Under the pieces are notes generated by a model, which did not search any database, was not told where the DNA came from, and saw nothing but the letters and a program-made list of their open reading frames with translations. Positions 27,625-37,390 of a stretch of DNA of 64,000 nt are shown one piece after another; the stretch's first letter is position 1, and every line of letters begins with the position of its first letter. Made by a program: the position numbers and the translations under genes. Location: the IMG/VR virus record IMGVR_UViG_3300034358_000008, positions 186,001 through 250,000 of that record; one strand, written 5' to 3'.

Positions 27625-27669
27625 GTAGCAGAAGGAGCACTTGGGCAACCCGGTGTCTCCTTCTGCTAC
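27625..27669 (+). promoter_or_regulatory. Long intercistronic hairpin
   Basis: 13-bp perfect stem GTAGCAGAAGGAG/CTCCTTCTGCTAC plus an inner stem. Confidence 0.6.
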
Positions 27670-27690
27670 TATATCCTTTTTGGAGATAAC

Positions 27691-29055
27691 ATGGCTAACA
27701 TTTACGTAAGGTTATCGTACGACCCCACCGGACGAAACCCTGATAACCTGATCCCCGGTGAACCCCATGATCTTCAATCGATCAACGGTTTCCCTTACAA
27801 GATCGTTACGATGAATAACGGTGGTTTCTATTCTCGTACATTGCGTGTATACGACGCATCATACACAAAGCTGACACCTAACGTCGATTACATCTTTACT
27901 TATCGTTTCGCTAACCTCAGTACTAAACTGGGTTTAGAAGTAGCTGCCGATATCGTCTTTCTTGACCCAGCACGTACAGGTAAGGTTTATCTGTCTGCTC
28001 AGATGGTCGGTGGCGATGTAGCATTTAGTTTGACCGCAATAGCCGACTACATTAGTTGGTTCACCACGCAGCCTGCCGGTTATAAGCCTCGTGAGATGGA
28101 CTATGCTGGTAATGAACCTATCTGGAAGCCAGGTGAGCTTGATAAAGAACGTTGGGCGCTTGATACCTATCAACCATTCAACAATGAAATTTATCAGATG
28201 GGTCGAGCGGTACAAGGGCAGACCGGAACATACGAACAAGACTACCGCGATAACGTCACCCGTGACTATAACGCTTTCTTAGATCTGTTCAATGATCGAC
28301 TGGAACGACATATTCAAGATGAGGCTAACCCACACGCCGATGAAAAGGCTGACGTTGGATTAAACCTAGTTGAGAACTACGCTCTAGCTACCGATCAGGC
28401 AGCTCGTGCAGGTGCCGTGAATAACCTTTACTTGACCCCGTTGTTGTCTTGGTCCACAGTAGATCAACTAGCAGTGCAACCACTGAACACTCACATCGCT
28501 AAACGTGATAACCCGCACCAGACTACACCAGAGAAGATTGAATCTCCCCGTAAACCTGTAGTCGATGCAACTGCTGCCCAAAAGTATCTGCGTTATGAGC
28601 AAGTAGCCAACACCGATTACTTCAGTGACGGTAACGCCGCTTACAGTTATAACGAGTACTATCAATTTGCTCGTCGTAACATCCCAGCAGCTAACTTCTT
28701 GTCGGGCGGTGGTAACGGGTATATTGATCCACGTCGATTGGGTCGTGGTAGTCCTGGTGGTAACACGGCGCTTAATGGTGATGGTCAGTGGGTATCATGG
28801 GATTCCATTATTATCCAACATGGCGCACCACCTTCTCCACAGATTTACCCTGTTGGGTCGTGGGCGAGTGCAGCACAAGGACATCAGTTCGTTGTTAGTC
28901 AACCATGGTCATTCAGCGCACCAGTCGGGTCGATGGCATTCTATCGTGTCAGCACAGCCAACTGGTGGGGTACTGGTAACGGTGTGATTCAAACCTTTCA
29001 TCCGATCATTTATGGTTCGTACAAATCAGCATCCGGTTGGCTTCAACTACTTTGA
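27691..29055 (+). CDS. Tail fibre-like protein, gp131-135 paralog family
   Basis: NPH repeats; shared N-terminal domain (YDPTG..PDNLI.GE.H). Confidence 0.8.
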   Translation: MANIYVRLSYDPTGRNPDNLIPGEPHDLQSINGFPYKIVTMNNGGFYSRTLRVYDASYTKLTPNVDYIFTYRFANLSTKLGLEVAADIVFLDPARTGKVYLSAQMVGGDVAFSLTAIADYISWFTTQPAGYKPREMDYAGNEPIWKPGELDKERWALDTYQPFNNEIYQMGRAVQGQTGTYEQDYRDNVTRDYNAFLDLFNDRLERHIQDEANPHADEKADVGLNLVENYALATDQAARAGAVNNLYLTPLLSWSTVDQLAVQPLNTHIAKRDNPHQTTPEKIESPRKPVVDATAAQKYLRYEQVANTDYFSDGNAAYSYNEYYQFARRNIPAANFLSGGGNGYIDPRRLGRGSPGGNTALNGDGQWVSWDSIIIQHGAPPSPQIYPVGSWASAAQGHQFVVSQPWSFSAPVGSMAFYRVSTANWWGTGNGVIQTFHPIIYGSYKSASGWLQLL

Positions 29056-29064
29056 GGTGATTAC

Positions 29065-30429
29065 ATGATTCCTGTATTACAAGCTCTACCGATCGATTGG
29101 TCGGGTGAGTCCCCTGATAACCGGACTAAAGGGGAGGTCCATGATCTTTCCCCGCAGTTCGATCTACCTTACCGCATTGTGGTAATGGAGAAAGGTTATT
29201 TCTACACCGACAACATGTACATCATCGACAACCGTGGCCACGTCCTTAAAGAAGATGTTGACTATCAATGTTTGCTGATGGAACAGACTGTAGCTAAGAA
29301 GCGTGGTTTGACAGCATGTGCGGTTCTGGTAGTCACTAACCCTAGTGTGGGTAACTTCCTGTACATAGAAGCTCAGATGGTCGGTGGTCTTTATTGCTCA
29401 CTGAACACAGCTATCTTGGAACAAGCTGCTAACGTTATTCGTTCAGCTAACCGTAAGGTCTTCTGGAAGAACCTGAAAGACAAACCTGATAGCTATCGTC
29501 CTAACGGTCACTTACATGCATTGTGGGAACTCTTTGGCTTCACTCCTCAGACAGCTATCCTACACCGGATGACTACTGCACTGGACAAGATGTCGAAGAA
29601 AGAATTCGATAACCTGTACGGTGAGTTTGTCATTAAGTTTGATGCGGTCAGGCAACAACTTGCTGACGTTGAAGCTCGATTGACTACGCACATTGCAGAT
29701 ACTTCAGATCCCCATGACGTGACAGTAGAACAAGTCCATCTGGAGTTTGTCTATAACGCCCCGCCGGCAACGATTGCTCAAGCACAGTCGGCTTCAGGTT
29801 CGGTGATGAATGCCTATGCTACACCTTTGCGTGCAGCACAGTCGATTGCAGTTAACTTCACCCCGCAACTCCAAGCGCATATCGATGACTACAACAATCC
29901 ACACCAAGACACAGCTGCAAAACTTGGTACGATGACTAACATCGAAATGAACCAACTTGCTAACCTGTACTACAATCGTGGTGACACGACTACGTACGCC
30001 GTTGGATTGGGTGGTTTGCCTTGGGCTAACTTCTACCAGCAAGTTCGTGCTAACCTCCCCGCGGCTGCGTTGACCACTGGGTTCCTCCCATGGCAAACGT
30101 TCTCTGGGCAAATCTGGCAAGGTTCTAGTTATGTATTAGCCCCGTCGATATTCGGTATCCTAGGTTGGCGATCTATTGCATCGATCTTTAGTATCTATGC
30201 GAAGAGAGGCAATGACATTCTTTACATTGGGGCTTTGCCTTACGCAGCTTCCCCGTCTGTCATTGGTAGTATGATTGGAACCAACTGGCCCAACGGTACT
30301 ATCGTAATTTACCGGTCGAACAACGAATCCGGTGCTAGCACAGGTAACGGTGGTCTCTTGACTGTCTTTAACTCACTGGCAATGGCAACCATTAGTAACG
30401 GCACATGGTATTCACCTGGATGGCGTTAA
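29065..30429 (+). CDS. Tail fibre-like protein, gp131-135 paralog family
   Basis: Same architecture as neighbours; QMVGG; DPH/NPH repeats. Confidence 0.8.
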   Translation: MIPVLQALPIDWSGESPDNRTKGEVHDLSPQFDLPYRIVVMEKGYFYTDNMYIIDNRGHVLKEDVDYQCLLMEQTVAKKRGLTACAVLVVTNPSVGNFLYIEAQMVGGLYCSLNTAILEQAANVIRSANRKVFWKNLKDKPDSYRPNGHLHALWELFGFTPQTAILHRMTTALDKMSKKEFDNLYGEFVIKFDAVRQQLADVEARLTTHIADTSDPHDVTVEQVHLEFVYNAPPATIAQAQSASGSVMNAYATPLRAAQSIAVNFTPQLQAHIDDYNNPHQDTAAKLGTMTNIEMNQLANLYYNRGDTTTYAVGLGGLPWANFYQQVRANLPAAALTTGFLPWQTFSGQIWQGSSYVLAPSIFGILGWRSIASIFSIYAKRGNDILYIGALPYAASPSVIGSMIGTNWPNGTIVIYRSNNESGASTGNGGLLTVFNSLAMATISNGTWYSPGWR

Positions 30430-30438
30430 GAGGTAACT

Positions 30439-31785
30439 ATGGCATCGATCACAAAACTCCCCTTAGACTTCAAGGGGACACTCACTTCTAACTATCGTTC
30501 GGGTGAAGAACATACGTTGACTAAGGCTAATGGTCGAGTCAACAGAATGTTCACTCCTGACTTTGGTGCATTCTATACCGAGTCCCTCGTGGTCCGTCAA
30601 TCAGACGGCCAACTGCTGGTTCGTGATAAAGACTATGTGTTGACGTATTTTTACAAAGACCTCGGCGACGTTACAGCCAAAGAGATCTGCGCGATCATCG
30701 TAGTAACCAATCCTGTCGTTACGGCTACCGTTCGTATTACCTATCAAGCTGTAGGTGGTCCATACGCTCTGAGCATTAAAGAACTCAAAGCTGTGTTGGA
30801 TGAAACTGAACTGGCTCCGGGTAAGATCAAATGGGAAGATATCATCGATAAGCCTTTGGCCTATAACCCCGATGACCACGCCCATGAGTATTGGCAGCTT
30901 TATGGACTGGAGTCCACGAACTTCAACCTTGACGCTTTGGGTAAGGCATGGGCTAAAGGACGTAAAGCCATCATTGGCGATAACCGTATTTACTACCAGA
31001 ATTACATCATCCTTGCTCAAGCAGCTGTTGATGCGTATCGTCTTAAAGTAAATGCTCACATCGTTGACCGAGCTAACCCACATAAAACGGATAAGATTAA
31101 AATCCAGTTGGGTAACGTCAATAACTGGCCATTGGCAGACACAGCGACATCGACCTCTAAAACGGTGAATAATAAATACCAGCCAATCGGCGGTATCTAT
31201 AATCAGTTGGTTACACATGTCGTTCCGTTACTTAACGCTCACGTTAATAACATGGCTAACCCACACCAAGTCCAGCTAACTGATCCACTACTGAATCTTT
31301 ATAGCTCGCAGCAGATCAGAGACATCTTTAATCTGCATTTGGCAAAGACTCAGATGGCCAACGATTCAGCTAAGTTCGCAGGTTTCCCGGCGACTACGGT
31401 GTTTAACAATATCCGTACCGGTTTGGATGCATCTAACGTCGATCCGAATACTCGCTTCCCTGAGGCAATGTTTGGCCCTACTGTTCCAGGTTGGGACCCA
31501 GGCCAATGGATACTTGCAGGTAACCAACGTTACGCATACATTCAGGATATCCTCAAGCCATACAACGACCTAGCCGGTACAGTGTATTTCGTAGGTTCCA
31601 GTGGTGATGTTACTACCATCCAGTCAGCTTACAACGCTATTCAGATTGCCTCTAACAACCCTGAGATTAATGTTAACGCATGGTTGATTGGACAATACGC
31701 GTACGATTACGTTGCTGGTCTGCGTAACGTCAGTCTGGTAGTTGCACAGAAGACTGGACCCGGTACTTGGGCAATTCGAGTTTAA
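30439..31785 (+). CDS. Tail fibre-like protein, gp131-135 paralog family
   Basis: YQAVGG; WEDIIDKP; NPH repeats. Confidence 0.8.
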   Translation: MASITKLPLDFKGTLTSNYRSGEEHTLTKANGRVNRMFTPDFGAFYTESLVVRQSDGQLLVRDKDYVLTYFYKDLGDVTAKEICAIIVVTNPVVTATVRITYQAVGGPYALSIKELKAVLDETELAPGKIKWEDIIDKPLAYNPDDHAHEYWQLYGLESTNFNLDALGKAWAKGRKAIIGDNRIYYQNYIILAQAAVDAYRLKVNAHIVDRANPHKTDKIKIQLGNVNNWPLADTATSTSKTVNNKYQPIGGIYNQLVTHVVPLLNAHVNNMANPHQVQLTDPLLNLYSSQQIRDIFNLHLAKTQMANDSAKFAGFPATTVFNNIRTGLDASNVDPNTRFPEAMFGPTVPGWDPGQWILAGNQRYAYIQDILKPYNDLAGTVYFVGSSGDVTTIQSAYNAIQIASNNPEINVNAWLIGQYAYDYVAGLRNVSLVVAQKTGPGTWAIRV

Positions 31786-31805
31786 TTCATTTTGGAGAAA
31801 TAACC

Positions 31806-32408
31806 ATGTCAACCTATGACGAAATTTTTGATGATGGTCGGGTCTCGGCCACAGCTTTGTTCAACAAACAAAATGGGGTATTCGTAACAACCGTCGGTAT
31901 CCCATTCGATCAATCCCAGTACGACCAAGCGCTGTACGTAGGTCGTTCGGTACTGTTTAACTTTGCGGATGACGTACTGATTGGTAAGTTGATCATTAAC
32001 GCTGACGGTACATTCAGCGATGCCTTCTCCGTAGAGAAACGTAGTGATCAGAAAGAGCAAGTCTTTGAGAAGATGCTCAACATGCAGGCTGAACAGAAGA
32101 TCACCAAAGTCTATCCACTGGTAGACCAAGTGAACCTCCTAGTTAAAGCTATTCAGCGTCTGGGTCAAGAACACGATCTGTTGGAACTCCCAGAGTTTAC
32201 TGCATTGAGTGAGATGACCTCTTATATCGACCAGTGTATCGCAACCAACCAGGCTAAGAAGGAATTCTATAGTGAGTCTCCAGACGTTGAGTACATCAGT
32301 GATGAACAAGTCGAGGCTGACCTTGCCATCCGAATGGAAGGCGGTATCCATGAAGCGCTTGGCTCAAGACCTATTACCGGTGGTAGCGTTTTCGGCACCG
32401 GTCGCTAA
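31806..32408 (+). CDS. Hypothetical protein, possible fibre assembly factor
   Basis: GGAG RBS before ATG 31806; follows the fibre genes. Confidence 0.7.
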   Translation: MSTYDEIFDDGRVSATALFNKQNGVFVTTVGIPFDQSQYDQALYVGRSVLFNFADDVLIGKLIINADGTFSDAFSVEKRSDQKEQVFEKMLNMQAEQKITKVYPLVDQVNLLVKAIQRLGQEHDLLELPEFTALSEMTSYIDQCIATNQAKKEFYSESPDVEYISDEQVEADLAIRMEGGIHEALGSRPITGGSVFGTGR

Positions 32409-32832
32409 TGAGGTAGTAGAGTACGTAGAGGAACTACCAGACACTCGGTGGTTCCATCGACTAAAGATCAACAGTAAACCGACTAAGGGCGATCCTACAG
32501 CAGACTACTGGTTCCTAGGGGATCGGCAGATGCCCAAGGATCTACGTGATCATCTCTTTGCCCTAGCCCCAACCATCGACGGTGAGAAACCAGCTGAAGC
32601 CTGTATCAATCGCTATGAAATCGGAAACGGTATGCCGGAACATGTTGATATAGCAATGTATCGACACAACATGGTTATCCCGCTAAGTAACAATGGTGAC
32701 GGCTTATTGGTTAGTGGCAAGTTCTATGTGGATGTACCAGGTTCTGGGTTGATCATGCCATTCAAATCACCACCCCATGAAGTTCCACCAGTGACCCATA
32801 GACGATACACACTCATCTATCTCTACGAATAG
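32350..32832 (+). CDS. 2OG-Fe(II) oxygenase (AlkB/prolyl-hydroxylase-like fold); start uncertain
   Basis: INRY..G..MPEHVD (HxD), HEVPPV (distal His), RRYTLIY (2OG-binding Arg). Confidence 0.7.
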   Translation: MKRLAQDLLPVVAFSAPVANEVVEYVEELPDTRWFHRLKINSKPTKGDPTADYWFLGDRQMPKDLRDHLFALAPTIDGEKPAEACINRYEIGNGMPEHVDIAMYRHNMVIPLSNNGDGLLVSGKFYVDVPGSGLIMPFKSPPHEVPPVTHRRYTLIYLYE

Positions 32833-32840
32833 AGGTTAAT

Positions 32841-33329
32841 ATGTACAAGCAATATGAAAATATCTCCGAAACAGAACTCGAAGAACTGTTGACACTCAGC
32901 AAGGAAGTTAAGTTCCAGAAGGCTGAAGGTCACCGTCGTCGTGTAGGTGCAAACGGTCCTAATGCCCTTAGTCGTTATAATGTGGCTAAGTGGTTCGATT
33001 GGACTCATGCCCAACGTGAGCTGTACCGTACCAAATTCCCTGACCCTATCCAAAACAAGATTCTACAAGGTTGGTTCCTTGAGATCCCTCGTGGTACAGG
33101 CTTTCTTGATCTGATGACCTACTGGGTAGGTAAACCACTGTCAGGCTCAGTTGTCTGTACAGCGCTACAAAACCAGACCATTTATCTCGATAACAAAGAG
33201 ATCAAAGTTAAGAAGGGTCAACAGATCGGGTTTAACCTTCAGACCTTACATGAACTGAAACCTTCTAAGGAAGGCCAGCTCTGGGCGTGTGTCATGTTTC
33301 TCGGTTGCCCTCTCAAACTAACCGAATGA
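32841..33329 (+). CDS. Hypothetical protein, possible degenerate double-stranded beta-helix
   Basis: KGQQIGF...LHELKP pattern resembles the second half of a DSBH; GAGG RBS. Confidence 0.65.
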   Translation: MYKQYENISETELEELLTLSKEVKFQKAEGHRRRVGANGPNALSRYNVAKWFDWTHAQRELYRTKFPDPIQNKILQGWFLEIPRGTGFLDLMTYWVGKPLSGSVVCTALQNQTIYLDNKEIKVKKGQQIGFNLQTLHELKPSKEGQLWACVMFLGCPLKLTE

Positions 33330-33371
33330 TGCACAATCTTACAATGGTATTTATAAACTTAGAGGTTCATC

Positions 33372-34271
33372 ATGGCTGAAGTTGTCGCAAACCCTATTGA
33401 TCAACAATTGATCAACGTAACCCGTACAGCGTATGCAGCTTATTTGCAAACGACTAAGTATTTGGGTCTTACTCCTTTTCGCGTTATCGCACACACTACC
33501 CTGAACGAGAAGTTCGGTATCGAGAACGGTACTGCCCCTGCTGTTGGGGAAGTGCCTAACGTTCGTTACCTCGTTATTGGTAACATGGGTCACTACACCG
33601 TTAAAGGTCCAGATGGAGCTGACGAAGTAGCTAACCGAATCCACCGTTCTAATGACGCTGCGCTCTACAACCATATCCCGTTCGTAATGCGTGAGGTAAG
33701 TGGTGGTGACCTTCCGGCAGATCGCCGTGATCAATACTGCTTGCGTACACAGGAATCCCATGGCGGTAAGAACTACGTCGTTTACTACGGTCGTCGTATT
33801 AACGTGACTGGTGTTCAACCACAACTGTTGGAACTGGAAGTGATTAACGGTGTTGTAACCGCTAAGCCTTACACCCCAACCGTGGATGACCTCAACCCTA
33901 CTCCACCAGTTATCTCTAACAGCGGTACTGTGATCGGTTCTAATAAGACTGTATCTGCATCGGCAATCGTTAAGGTTAGCCTGTCTGCTGAAGAGATCCG
34001 TGATATCACTGATGCTCACCGTATTCGTACTGGTTCTATCCGTTCCCCGATCATCTCTGAGATGGGTCTGGCTTCGGGCGTAGATCGTCGAGTGACTGCT
34101 CAAGGTCAAGGCTTCCAATACAACGAAGTTATTGCTTGTCAGATCAACGTATTCATTTCTACCAACCACCCGATCGGTTATAACTCCAGTGGTCTGGATC
34201 TTACCTTCGACATCGGTGGCGTAGAACCTACCCTTGGCTCGAACGCTGTTCAACAGGCGCAATTCGTTTAA
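33372..34271 (+). CDS. Virion structural/baseplate protein (phiKZ gp139-like)
   Basis: [17 protein letters not shown] and [12 protein letters not shown] motifs. Confidence 0.75.
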   Translation: MAEVVANPIDQQLINVTRTAYAAYLQTTKYLGLTPFRVIAHTTLNEKFGIENGTAPAVGEVPNVRYLVIGNMGHYTVKGPDGADEVANRIHRSNDAALYNHIPFVMREVSGGDLPADRRDQYCLRTQESHGGKNYVVYYGRRINVTGVQPQLLELEVINGVVTAKPYTPTVDDLNPTPPVISNSGTVIGSNKTVSASAIVKVSLSAEEIRDITDAHRIRTGSIRSPIISEMGLASGVDRRVTAQGQGFQYNEVIACQINVFISTNHPIGYNSSGLDLTFDIGGVEPTLGSNAVQQAQFV

Positions 34272-34280
34272 GGACTTAAA

Positions 34281-34844
34281 ATGTTAGTGATGTCTAAAAG
34301 CAAAGAGCCTTTTAGAATCGCTGGATTTGACCCAGGTGCAAACTTGGGTCTTTCCCTTATCGAGAATCACTTAGATGGTTCTAAGCCAATTGTGAAGGTA
34401 GTGGAAACAGTCAAGCTGAATCCAGCTGAATTCGGATATAAGGAATTAGCAGAACTCCATGGAAACCGTGCAGTTAAGCTTATGATCCTTCATGACCGTG
34501 TAACCGTATTCCTGCGCACTCATCGTCCACATGGTGTCATCGTGGAGGGTAACTACCTAGGACGCTTCGCAACAGCGTTTGCGAGCCTTGTAGAGTGTGT
34601 AACGGTAATACGTAACGCGTGTTACGCCTATGATCCTTTCATGCAGCTCCATATCGTCGACCCTACTACAGTGAAGACGAATATCGGAATGGTGAAGATC
34701 CGTGGTACAGACAAAGAAGACGTACGCAGAGCCTTAGCAAACTTGAAGGAACTAGAATGGGACGGCATTAACATTGCTGATCTAGACGAGCACTCCATTG
34801 ACTCTATTGCAATCGGCTACTACTACTCCTCGCAACTACTTTAA
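34281..34844 (+). CDS. ruvC: RuvC-like Holliday junction resolvase
   Basis: IAGFDPG, VIVE and EHSIDSIAIG catalytic acidic motifs. Confidence 0.85.
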   Translation: MLVMSKSKEPFRIAGFDPGANLGLSLIENHLDGSKPIVKVVETVKLNPAEFGYKELAELHGNRAVKLMILHDRVTVFLRTHRPHGVIVEGNYLGRFATAFASLVECVTVIRNACYAYDPFMQLHIVDPTTVKTNIGMVKIRGTDKEDVRRALANLKELEWDGINIADLDEHSIDSIAIGYYYSSQLL

Positions 34845-34854
34845 GAGGATGACT

Positions 34855-35292
34855 ATGTTCACCTTATTGAAAAGTGCAAGCACTAAGATATTCGTAATCG
34901 TAATTCTAATACTCGCTGTGGGGAGCTTTGGATTATGGAAGCTGTATACGGGTAACTTGGTAGAGACGGGAAGCCTACAAACTGAGAACGGAACTCTACA
35001 ACAAAATGTGGTCCACACCGAGGAATCGGCAAAGATCGCTGATCGTGTAGTTACCGACTACGCAACCGAAGCCAAGCAGTCTCAACTAGATATAGTCAAC
35101 TTGAGAAAAGAGACAATCAATGAGTACGTTAAGAAAATCGAACCTGTGGTACCTGCTAAGGAAGCAAGCCGTAAAGGTGATGTTCCTGATGGGGCTGATC
35201 GCGTTGGTGTCCTCGCTGACCGCATGTACGAGTACTATTGTCGTGCCCGCCCCGGCGACACACGATGCAGTGCCGTCACTCCTGTTAAGTAA
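34855..35292 (+). CDS. Putative i-spanin (Rz-like)
   Basis: N-terminal TM helix, helical periplasmic region, C-terminal Cys pair; overlapped by a lipoprotein ORF. Confidence 0.65.
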   Translation: MFTLLKSASTKIFVIVILILAVGSFGLWKLYTGNLVETGSLQTENGTLQQNVVHTEESAKIADRVVTDYATEAKQSQLDIVNLRKETINEYVKKIEPVVPAKEASRKGDVPDGADRVGVLADRMYEYYCRARPGDTRCSAVTPVK

Positions 35293-35512
35293 GTGTCAGG
35301 TTGATGCACCGCCTACCAAAGAAGAACTTGTAAATGCTCAAGACGTGTTCCCCACAGCTACGAATGTGTGGGAAGCAAGATTCTTGATTATGTACGACGC
35401 ATACTTAGGTCAGACAGGGAACCTGTTTAACTGTGATCTCCAGGTTGACTCAATTCGTAGTTGGGACACTCAACATCTGGAGATAAAATATGAAGCTCGA
35501 AGAGTTCCTTAG
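35120..35512 (+). CDS. Putative o-spanin (Rz1-like lipoprotein); start may be 35180
   Basis: Lipobox LTA-C after a hydrophobic stretch; Pro- and Cys-containing mature part; overlaps the i-spanin gene in another frame. Confidence 0.65.
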   Translation: MSTLRKSNLWYLLRKQAVKVMFLMGLIALVSSLTACTSTIVVPAPATHDAVPSLLLSKCQVDAPPTKEELVNAQDVFPTATNVWEARFLIMYDAYLGQTGNLFNCDLQVDSIRSWDTQHLEIKYEARRVP

Positions 35513-35885
35513 TGAGCAGGGGACCGATCCGTTGACAGATGAACTCAACGGTCGTCCATTGCGTGCGTTTATCAATGCTAACCTCAAAAGGGTTGGTAGT
35601 GAACCTATCGACGCGGATACAACGTGTGACGTTATCCTTGAACGCATTTACGGCATCGAGGATGTAGATGTACAGAATACTTTGCTTAACCGCACAGTAG
35701 CTAATCTAAAGGGTGATTCGAACTATAAGCGGTTCAGTATGTACGGGGCAATCCTGCTGACAGTAATCGTGATTGGGTTGATCGTCACTGGTGGCCATCT
35801 AAGTCCTGAAGTTATTGATGCATTGAAGTCTATCGCTTTAGGCATTATTAACCTTATCGGTCCAAATACACCGCCTACAACCTAA
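35490..35885 (+). CDS. Membrane protein, holin candidate
   Basis: GGAG RBS; C-terminal hydrophobic helices; lies in the lysis region. Confidence 0.55.
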   Translation: MKLEEFLSEQGTDPLTDELNGRPLRAFINANLKRVGSEPIDADTTCDVILERIYGIEDVDVQNTLLNRTVANLKGDSNYKRFSMYGAILLTVIVIGLIVTGGHLSPEVIDALKSIALGIINLIGPNTPPTT

Positions 35886-35887
35886 CT

Positions 35888-35918
35888 ATAGCCTCCCCTT
35901 TCTAGGGGAGGTTTTATA
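35888..35918 (+). terminator. Hairpin terminator
   Basis: GCCTCCCCT-TTCT-AGGGGAGGT then TTT. Confidence 0.7.
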
Positions 35919-35968
35919 ATGCTATGTAAGTTAAGTAGATCTTTCACACGTTTTAAAGAGGGTTTAAC

Positions 35969-36508
35969 ATGAGTGATCGTTTTCCCTACAACATGTTTTC
36001 GCGAGAAGCACTTGTAGAGCTGGTCCGGCGATCCGAGCACCGACCTGATCTGAAGGATGAATACATTACCTTTGAGGATTTGTTCTTCTCCCCATCGGTG
36101 GTTGAACCGGGGCGCACTTATGTCGAGATGGTCGATCGCGTAACGAGTCATAAAGACTGGTTCGAGTTCAGACGACTGGACTTTGCAGACCGTCGGTGTC
36201 TGGGGCCTTCGATTAGTATCAAGGTCATGGGTGATCCGACCCCCGCTAGCATTGCGGCTGAAATCAACCGCTCTCGGCTAATGAAATTAGGTCCTAGTGA
36301 TGTATCTTTCTCCGAAGAAGTGATCCCAGTAATTGGCACCACTTTTGAATATGAATTCACAGCGCTGACCGGTAGTTACGTTTACTACGGTAAGACTACG
36401 ATCCAAGTAGAGGTTATCCCAGTCTCTCAATGGACACGTTATCTCGAATCCGGGACAATTCGTTACACAGAAGAAGGTGTTACACGCGATCTAGAACATC
36501 GAGTGTAA
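35969..36508 (+). CDS. Putative virion protein with C-terminal R-Y-x-E-x-G tag
   Basis: FEFRRLDF family motif; C-terminus RYLESGTIRYTEEGVTRDLEHRV. Confidence 0.75.
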   Translation: MSDRFPYNMFSREALVELVRRSEHRPDLKDEYITFEDLFFSPSVVEPGRTYVEMVDRVTSHKDWFEFRRLDFADRRCLGPSISIKVMGDPTPASIAAEINRSRLMKLGPSDVSFSEEVIPVIGTTFEYEFTALTGSYVYYGKTTIQVEVIPVSQWTRYLESGTIRYTEEGVTRDLEHRV

Positions 36509-36523
36509 TACACTGGAGTTAAT

Positions 36524-37318
36524 ATGGCTTTGTTAAAGAATGGTTCCCGTGGGGAACAGGTTGCTGCACTACAGCGTCAACTGAAGAGTCTTGGTTACGT
36601 TCTCAAAGATGACGGTGTCTTTGGTGACACTACCGAGAGTTACGTAAAAGAAGTTCAGCGTAAATTCAAACTCAAGGATGATGGGATTGTAGGCGACAAA
36701 ACCTGGGCTGTTATCAACACCCCTAACACTACTCTGAAGTCTCTAACTGAAGAGGACTTTAAATGGGCAGCAGACTTCCTTGCGGATGACGTGCCATCAG
36801 TTAAAGCTGTACGTGAAGTAGAAGCACCTCAAGGTGGCTTCCTTCCAGATGGACGTGTAACCATTCTCTATGAACGTCATGTGATGTATCGTCAGCTTTT
36901 CGCCAACGGTATTGATCCAGACCCTATCTCAGCTAAGTTCCCTGACATCGTTAATAAGAAGACGGGCGGTTATCTGGGTAAGGCGGCTGAATACACGCGC
37001 TTGGATAAAGCCAAGCAGATTGATGATAAGTCTGCATTAGAGTCCTGCTCTTGGGGCGCATACCAGATAATGGGTTACCATTGGAAACTACTGGGGTTCA
37101 AGGACGTTTACGAACTCATCGCTAAGATGGAGTCTTCGGAACGCGGTCAACTGGAATGCTTCGTGCGCTTCATTAAGGCCAACCCTGTATTGCTGAAAGC
37201 TATCCGTCAGGATGATTGGGTTACTTTCGCCCGCTATTACAACGGCTCGAATTATCGTGCTAATAAGTACGACGAAAAGCTTGAAGCTGCATTTAAGCAA
37301 AACGGCGGCTTGAAATAA
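36524..37318 (+). CDS. Modular endolysin: peptidoglycan-binding domain + N-acetylmuramidase (DUF3380-type)
   Basis: LKNGSRG..V..LQ..L / DGVFG / DGIVG; VE..GGFLPDGR..ILYERH; SWGAYQIMGYH; FARYYNG. Confidence 0.9.
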   Translation: MALLKNGSRGEQVAALQRQLKSLGYVLKDDGVFGDTTESYVKEVQRKFKLKDDGIVGDKTWAVINTPNTTLKSLTEEDFKWAADFLADDVPSVKAVREVEAPQGGFLPDGRVTILYERHVMYRQLFANGIDPDPISAKFPDIVNKKTGGYLGKAAEYTRLDKAKQIDDKSALESCSWGAYQIMGYHWKLLGFKDVYELIAKMESSERGQLECFVRFIKANPVLLKAIRQDDWVTFARYYNGSNYRANKYDEKLEAAFKQNGGLK

Positions 37319-37390
37319 TACCCAACAGTATGTGTCTTATTTTACTAAGGCGAAATTGGGTGGTTAATCTATTTTTTAAAGGAAATCACA

